Shown: in pieces, positions 54,900 through 64,000 of the stretch
Layout of the letters: the number at the start of each line of letters is the position of its first letter
How positions within the stretch are numbered: the first letter of the stretch is position 1
Assembly: GCA_951406725.2 (NCBI GenBank)
Contig: OX597815.1
Span: forward strand, 197,656,001-197,720,000
Reading direction: 5' to 3'
DNA length: 64,000 bases
Source of the DNA: Octopus vulgaris
Lineage: Eukaryota
Made by a program: the position numbers and the translations under genes
The notes under the pieces: generated by a model
Told to the model about the DNA's origin: nothing
The model's database searches: none
The model's input: the letters and a program-made list of their open reading frames with translations, nothing else

Positions 54900-55339
54900 T
54901 TTTTCGTTTTATTTTTATTTATTGGGGGTTAAGCATTTTTTTTTTAGTTAGGGGAGATAGCCGAATTTTTTGACGATGATGAGATAACCAGAAAGTACCC
55001 AAACACGAACACACAAAGATATGAATATGCTGAATAGAAACGTACACACATGCATACATACATATAAGCATGCACACATACATGCACGCATACATAGATA
55101 CATATCGACAAGCCCACGCAATCATACATACATATATATAAGTATACACACTCACATATACATACATACATACATACATACACACCATCACGCCCACGCA
55201 ACCATAAACTCCTTTCTTTCTGTATCAACCTTTCATTAGTTATATCTGATCGCACAGCTACTGGACAGGACAAAAGGCTGAAACAGCCCTAATCCGGAAG
55301 CGATTTTCACTTCACCTGGGTATTGTTCTAACTGTAACA

Positions 55340-55917
55340 TCTTTTCTACTCTAGGAACAAGGCCCGAAATTTTGGTGGGATGGGGTCAGTCGATTAGATC
55401 GACCCCTGTATGTAACTGGTACTTTATTTATCGACCTTCAAAGGATGAAAAGCCAAGTTGATCTCGGTGGAATTTGAACGCAGAACGTAAAGACAAACGA
55501 AATACTTATTTCCTTACTGGCCACAAGGGGCTACACACAGAGGGGACAAACAAGGACAGACAAACGGATTAAGTCGATTATATCGACCCCAGGGTGTAAC
55601 TGGTACTTAGTTAATCAACCCCGAAAGGATGAAAGCAAAGTCGACCTCGGCGGAATTTGAACTCAGAACTTAACGGCAGACGTAATTCCTATTTCTTTAC
55701 TACCCACAAGGGGCTAACCACAGAGAGGACAAACAAGGAGAGACAAACGGAATAAGTCGATTATATCGACCCCAGGGCGTAACTCGTACTTATTTAATCG
55801 ACCCCGAAGGGATGAAAGGCAAAGTCGACCTCGGCGGAATTTGAACTCAGAACGTAGCGGCAGATGAAATGCGGCTACGTATTTCGCCCGGCGTGCTAAC
55901 GTTTCTTCCAGCTCGCC
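55340..55917 (-). mobile_element. Trimeric family D SINE
   Basis: Three consecutive monomers with tails 1, 1 and 2. Confidence 0.85.
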
Positions 55918-56231
55918 GATAGCAAATCTGCTGGACAACAGTTTTCACCTGATCTTGTCATGCTGGTGTCATACCACATTACAACCCTCCTCAACCAAGC
56001 AAGTTAACTAAGAACGATCGCAGCTACAATCGTTTAATAAAAACGAAATGAATTATAAAGCAACGGACGGGTAAAGATACAGCTCTACACAACATACATT
56101 CTTGAAAATTATCTCATGTGTAACAGGTAAACATACACCATGCTCCAGCATGGCCAGAGCTTTAGCGCTATAACAGAAAGGGGGACGCCAGCATGTCGAA
56201 ACATCAGAAAGAGAAGTGAACAATAGGCATA

Positions 56232-56390
56232 GGCGTAGCTTTGTGGTAAGTAGCTTGCTTACGAACCACATGGTTCCGGATTCTGTCCCACTGCGTGGCA
56301 CCTTGGTCGAGTAACTTCTACTATAGCCTCGGGCCGACCAAATCCTTGTGAGTGGATTTGGTAAATGGGAACTGAAAGACACCTCTCGTA

Positions 56391-56442
<52 letters not shown>

Positions 56443-56485
56443 CAATATAGAGTGGCAAAAAATTTCGTATGGCCGTTCCTTGATT

Positions 56486-56556
<71 letters not shown>

Positions 56557-56720
56557 TTGTCCCCCCAACATCGCTTGACGACCGATGCTGGTGTGTTTAC
56601 ATCCCCGTAATACACACTAGGCTTACAAAGAATAAGTCCTGGGGTCGATTTACTCGACAAAAGGCGGTGTTCCAGCATGGCCACAATCAATTGTCTAAAA
56701 CAAGTAAAATAGTAAAAGAG
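56232..56720 (+). mobile_element. SINE family A with a 48 bp insert in its TA tract
   Basis: Head and tail match 43453-43876. Confidence 0.88.
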
Positions 56721-56844
56721 GGCGTAACCAGAATAAAACTGAATTTTGCAATATTATTTTGTTCACCAAGTTTGACATGTTTACACTTTTATTACCTTCA
56801 AAATATTCTCCGTTTGAATCTATACATCAGTCAAGTTTAATTTT

Positions 56845-57000
56845 CCACCGTTCGAAACAGTCCTGGAACTCCTGGCACTCAACGCTGGTCGTTGACTGAT
56901 ACTAGAGGATTTCATCAAGTGATTTCTAGCGGCTCAAGCTTGAACTTCAATGGACTTGTATCGCAGAGAATGTTTCCGGTCACTTTTGGGTACCTCTTCG
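56845..57000 (-). mobile_element. Mariner terminal fragment
   Basis: TIR-like cgaagaggtacccaaaagtgaccggaa on the minus strand. Confidence 0.4.
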
Positions 57001-57051
57001 TGTGTGTGTATATATATAACAATAATAAATCTCTGAGCGATGAAGAGAGAA

Positions 57052-58204
<1,153 letters not shown>

Positions 58205-61200
58205 TATACCTACACAGTTGTGCATATATTCATAACATATGTGAATCTAGAATCTGTGTCAGAAATATATAAAAGTACATTTGCAAAGTCAGAGAAATTG
58301 AATTTTGCTATGTACGCTTAAAAGTATGTTCCATTATGCCCAATATTTTGTTCTGCGTTTAAACTTCACCGATTATGCTACCTTCCCTTCGAGCTCATTG
58401 CAATGGTTTCGATTACTTTACCTTTCTTAAATTTACATTTCCTCATAGCCTTCCTAAATTCAATTGCTGAATGCAATTTTTTGAAATTATAATTCAGAGT
58501 TTTTTTTTTTTTTCAATTGTATAAATCATGTGTCAATTATGAGTTATGTTTCTGTAAATGACTTGAAATTACTACTAATTTGAAACAAATAGATTTTCTG
58601 AAAAATATATATCAATCGAACTTTGAATGCTTCAGTCTTACACTGTCAAATCGAACTATTTCAGATTGATGTGATGATATTCCATAGCCAGTAAATACTA
58701 AATTAAGGCAGGGCGAAATTGCAAATATTTACAGAAAATAATTACGATCCGCTTATTGATTATAATTTTTGCAGTAATGTTATCAATTTTGCGCATGTGA
58801 ATTTATTTTGGATACAAAAAAATAAAAATAAAAATTAAGCATATCAAATGGTTTTACATAGATAGAACATTTTGCCTTATCATATTGGATCAATGTTTTA
58901 GTTGTCAATATCATGATAGTTTGAAAAAGAACTAATATATAAATATTAGAAAGTACAAAATTGCATCAAATAAAATGCAATTGATACCGAATGTCATTAA
59001 TTACATCAAAAGGAAAATGAAAAACATATAATTATATTTAATATTTTCTACTAATCATCTTCCTCTCTTTGCGCGACTAACAAATATATGTTGTCAGCAT
59101 ATCTTATTACAATGGCGGAATTGTTAAAATGTTTAGATATATATTTCTGAATTACTCAGAAATTGAATTATAGAAAAAAAATTTATTATACTCATTTGTA
59201 TAATAAGCGCATTTTCGTATAAGCATACAACATACTTTTAATGTTGATAGGAACTTCCGTTGAGGCATATATGTATCCATTCACTTTCGTGGGTAGAGCA
59301 AAAAGCTGATGATGTCAAATAAGACGCAGAAATATGAGGCCTTGTGAATCAGAAAGAACCATAATATTTTAGCGATAAATACACGCTATGGAATCTTATG
59401 ATAAAATTCGGGAAGAAATATCAATGTTATTTTCTATTTATTATAAACCACGCTAACGTTGCAGACCATTTTTCAGATTTTACAGAATACTGAAGTGAAG
59501 GAAGTGAGTCAGGGGAAGAGAAAAAAAAGAACAAAAGATCTAAGGCTGCTTTAATGTTTGATCCTTGAGTGGCAATCTTAAATCGGTGCCAAAATGGCTT
59601 TTATCTGATTTCTACTCGCTCAATAGTAATATCTTAAAAAATTTCTCAATGGAGAGATATTTAAAGAATGAACATTAACGGCTTGTTGAATGGTTTATCG
59701 ATTCCCCAATCAATATGTCTAACTACTTGAGATAATCAAGGTTAGAGTGAAGAAGTACTGGATATTGATGTATACATCAATTTGCAAATAGGTATTCATG
59801 TAAAAGAGTAAAATTGTTTCTTCTTTCTTCAACTTCCTTTCACTACCACACAGATTATATGAAAGAAATATTAATATTTATGGCGTTATTTCTTAAAAGG
59901 AATGAGGGATCAATGTTATAATATAAATTCGTATATGTTCATATGTATATGTATGTGCGTATGCATACACAAATGCAGGTATCTATTTATATGATTATGT
60001 CTAATTTGGTGTCTGTCTATTCAAATATATCGGTCTATTTTGAGTTGTGACTGTACGAATGGTGTAGTTCCTTATGGCCTTTTTCAGAACAAAGCTTCTG
60101 ATGTTACATTACATACTAATTTGTCAGGATTTGAAACAAACGAAAGCATAAATGTAATAAACTCTGCTACTCGTAAATTATGATTTCCCGCTAATATCAT
60201 GTGGTATATAATTTGTGCCTAAGTTGGTATTTTAAAATAATGAAGTCGAAAAGAAAATGAAACTTCAAAACGTCTATTGTTTTCGATCTCAAATTGCTCG
60301 TCTTTTATTTTAGACTTACGCAGTGTATCAGCTTATACGTATGGACTTAAAATGAACTGATTTATAAAAAACATACTAATATTTTTCATTTATGGAATGA
60401 ATGATGCAGATCAATCATGGGGTAGACAAACAAAATATTGAAACTATAGGTAATTAATCATTCGTTTCGACAAAGGGTGTTTATATATTTCAATATCAAG
60501 GTGATTCGAAGCTTCCTATGTTTGAGTGATAAAATAATTACATTAAGATAATAGAAGTATCTATTCTCACGCGCTTTATTATATACTTGTATAAATAAAT
60601 TTTGTAACTGTTTAGGATTTATTGCAGTTTCCTGCAAAAGAATAAACACGAAAACGCAACAATATATTAAATAAATCTGCCTGCAAAACAAATTCTCTTG
60701 GTTCATGAAATGTTTATTACTGAATCAAACATGTGTGCGAGGAGAAGCGATCATGGATTGTATACAAAAATGACGAAAGTAAATCTGAATGCATATATCG
60801 CTCAAAGCAATATGTGAAACACGTTTGTATATACATATATATATATATATATATATCATTTACCAAACATTATCCGCTTCGAAACCGGAGTATTCTACAG
60901 ATTTTTGCATGTATATAATTGTAGTGATGTGAGACAATGAAAAAAGGGTAAGCTTACGTATGGAAACTAAAAGACAAAACTCTTATACAAATATACCTTT
61001 GTTTTACCGGAAAAAACCGTTTTCTCTTGATTGCAGAGGTATAAAAGTATGCGTTGTAATCAAAATTTCTTAAGATATGGTAAACAGCAAGAAAATAAAA
61101 GGAAGTATTTTTACTTAAACACAAATTAATTTTTTTTAAATTAATGTTCGAAAAGGGGAACGGATGTACTTACAATGAAAATATATATCCAAAATTTCTA

Positions 61201-62185
61201 TCACTGACATTCAATAGTCACATTGTGATAAATACAAAATATCTTAAATTTGTCACTCATCTCAAATACAAAGCATCATATAAAGGAATCAATTCCTTCC
61301 TCTGAAGAAGTAATACGTGTAAGGCACAATTCAACGCGTAAGTGCGCCATTATTCATCCATTTTCTCGGCACATGCGTTTATCTTTCAGAACAAAAATTT
61401 GGTAAAACATTGTCTAATTTCCTACTTTCTTCTTTTTTCATTCCCTATGTTTATCTGTCGTCAAGCCTCACCTCTAGTTACCTGATATAATTTTCACCCA
61501 CTGGCATTTACCTAACCTTTCTAGGCCTGTATTTTTGCTTTCACTGCAGTCTGTCTCTTTGTTCCACTACAATGTCTCCATACATACATTAATATTTAAT
61601 ACACACACACACAAAAACACACACACAATTTAAGGCAAAGGAAAGAAAACATAGCTTAGAGAAATTGTCTAGAAGCCCAATATGTTAAGAGCATATAATT
61701 TAAAATGTGGGGCCACAGGGTCCGTACATAGAAAAGTGAGCTCACGCTTTTACCTTCTTCCCTTTGTTTATATTGTATACTCATGATGAAGCCCTGTTGC
61801 TTTAATTCAAATGCCCTATCTAGTTGAAGAACTTTGTTCTCGCAATTATTTATAGACAGCATTTTGGCAATCCGATCGGTAACGGCCGTAGGATATATTA
61901 CATCACCTATTTTGTTATGCCATGCTTTGTATTAAAAAATAAGCTATAAATGTGGTCCAATCGATGTGTTGGTTAATTTGTAGTTTCCTCCATTTTCTAA
62001 TTATTTCCATTGGCTCCTGGTAAACTCTTGTTTATCCTGTTATTATTTGCCCTCTATGGACATAGTGTGCCCGCATGCTAGAGTCCGGGGATAATACAGG
62101 TAACGAATGCCGATAGTATGTATGGATATTTCATCCCTTAGTCGCTTACTGTAACTGCTAACTCTGTTTACACTATATATATATA

Positions 62186-62548
62186 CTAGCAGTATCGCCC
62201 GGCGTTGCTCGGGTTTGTAAGGGAAATAACTATAAAGCATTTTTAGAGTTATAGCCAAAAAATAGCCAAAAATAATGGTAAATTTTTTTGAGAGTTAAAA
62301 AGGTCGAGTTGCGTCCCCTAGAGAGTCTGTGGTTTGTGTTTTTGATTCTCGATCCCATGTCGAATTTATCGATTTTTTTCAGAACTGGGGGAACTTTTCA
62401 AAATTTTCGCTGCGTTACTTTTGAATTATGACATTGGGCTATGTGGTGTCAAGTTTCATCAGAATCGGTTGAAAGCCGTGGTCAGGGTGAGGGTTCAACC
62501 TAACAGACACACAGACACGCAGACAGACAAACTGCCGTTTATATATAT
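62186..62548 (-). mobile_element. Non-autonomous Helitron
   Basis: Minus strand: tatatataaa start, (CTGT)-like repeat, 3' hairpin cccgagcaacgccggg and CTAG|T end. Confidence 0.75.
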
Positions 62549-62755
62549 ATACAAAATTAAGAGGAATGACCACTAAAGTGGACTCCCTATATGCTAAACA
62601 TATACGTACCCGTTGGCCCCCATGTTTAGCATATACGGTGTGGACATTCCTCTTAATTTTGTATGTAAAACAATATTTAATCTTCGGATATTTAAATATG
62701 CTAACCCACTGGTTTTAATTGATTAACATCAATTTCTACCCTTATTATTTAATTA
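62549..62755 (+). mobile_element. Small fold-back plus tail insertion in TA (PLE type)
   Basis: Inverted repeats atacaaaattaagaggaatg/cattcctcttaattttgtat and tatatgctaaacat/atgtttagcatata within 62549-62664. Confidence 0.6.
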
Positions 62756-63443
62756 GAAATACATATACATTGAAAGATCGAAAGATACATGTATTTAAAT
62801 ATTTATATGTATATGTGTATCTGTGTTATGTGCGATTGTAAATCTTTGCGTCTGCTATTGGCTATCGATATTTGTATTTGAAATATAACTAATCACGTGC
62901 CTCATTTTATTTCCTTTTTTACTTTACATAATCTATTTGTACCTGCTTTCATGTCAACTTATTTGTAAATGTTTTCAATTTTTTCTAACTGTATTGTTAC
63001 CATATAAATGTTTAGAAATTCTTTTTTTTTTTGCTTCTTGCATCTGAAATTTCTATGTAATATTCGGTTATAAATCTTTTATACAATATTTTCTTACAAG
63101 AACGTAACAAGACTTATTTTTTCTAGAAAGTCAAAAATTTCTATATTGTTTCTGTCTGTTACTGTTATTTATTTTCAACACTGCAAATATTGTTAAACAA
63201 TTTTTTTCCTATTCATTCGAACTTCCTAATTTGTTTCCCAGTAACAAAAACTTAAGAGATTGATTGTTCGAAAATCCGTCCTTTCTGTTTATTGAGATAA
63301 ATTACATCTTCATGATGTTTTCAAAACTTACTTTGTATGCTTACATGTATGTATGTATGTATGTATGTATGTATGTATGTATGTATGTATGTATGTATAT
63401 ATATATATTTGCATGCACACAAACACACACATAATCATGTGCG

Positions 63444-63491
<48 letters not shown>

Positions 63492-63932
63492 AATAAATAT
63501 ATGTCTATATTATATATATATATATGCGTGTGTGTGTGTGTGAGTCTGTGTGTGTTTGTGCGTACGTGAATGTATAAGCCTGAATCTATTGCTAAGATGT
63601 TAAGGGTAGGCCATTGTTATTAGACTTATATTGTTGCTACATATGTATTCCTGTCGCAACTGAGCTAATATTTAATTTTTTATTATAACTTTATGGTAGT
63701 AATTTATTTTTGCTGCTAGTGTTGTGTACAACAACAAGCCATATGCCAAACAACAGAATACATTTAAAAAAAAAGAGTTGAAATATCACATACCATGTAA
63801 AGTGTAATAAATATTTTCTGAAATATATACTTTTAAATATACATATATTCAAACTGTTTTAAATCACACACGCAGTTACATAGTAACATGTGTATATAAA
63901 AATATATGTATATATACATGCATATATATCTA

Positions 63933-63981
<49 letters not shown>

Positions 63982-64000
63982 AGGTGTGTGTATATATGTA

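Overview
AT-rich, microsatellite-saturated eukaryotic non-coding DNA, most likely octopus (inferred from the tRNA-derived SINE families and compound TA/CA tracts). I found no host exon; nearly all listed ORFs are microsatellite translations. The window contains: (i) many copies of four tRNA-head SINE families, some chimeric or dimeric; (ii) decayed Tc1/mariner (DD34D and maT/DD37D), piggyBac, Helitron and R4/Dong relics; (iii) a dense set of Penelope-like (PLE) fold-back insertions in (TA)n tracts, one with a GIY-YIG endonuclease remnant and several with type I hammerhead ribozymes, including U3:A8 core variants. The most notable signal is two sequence-unrelated elements (2935-3009 minus, 57652-57726 plus). 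Each contains all hammerhead core strands with base-paired stems, but in a non-circularly permuted order, plus an equivalent fourth helix. All RNA structures were read by eye and are untested, and most element boundaries are approximate.
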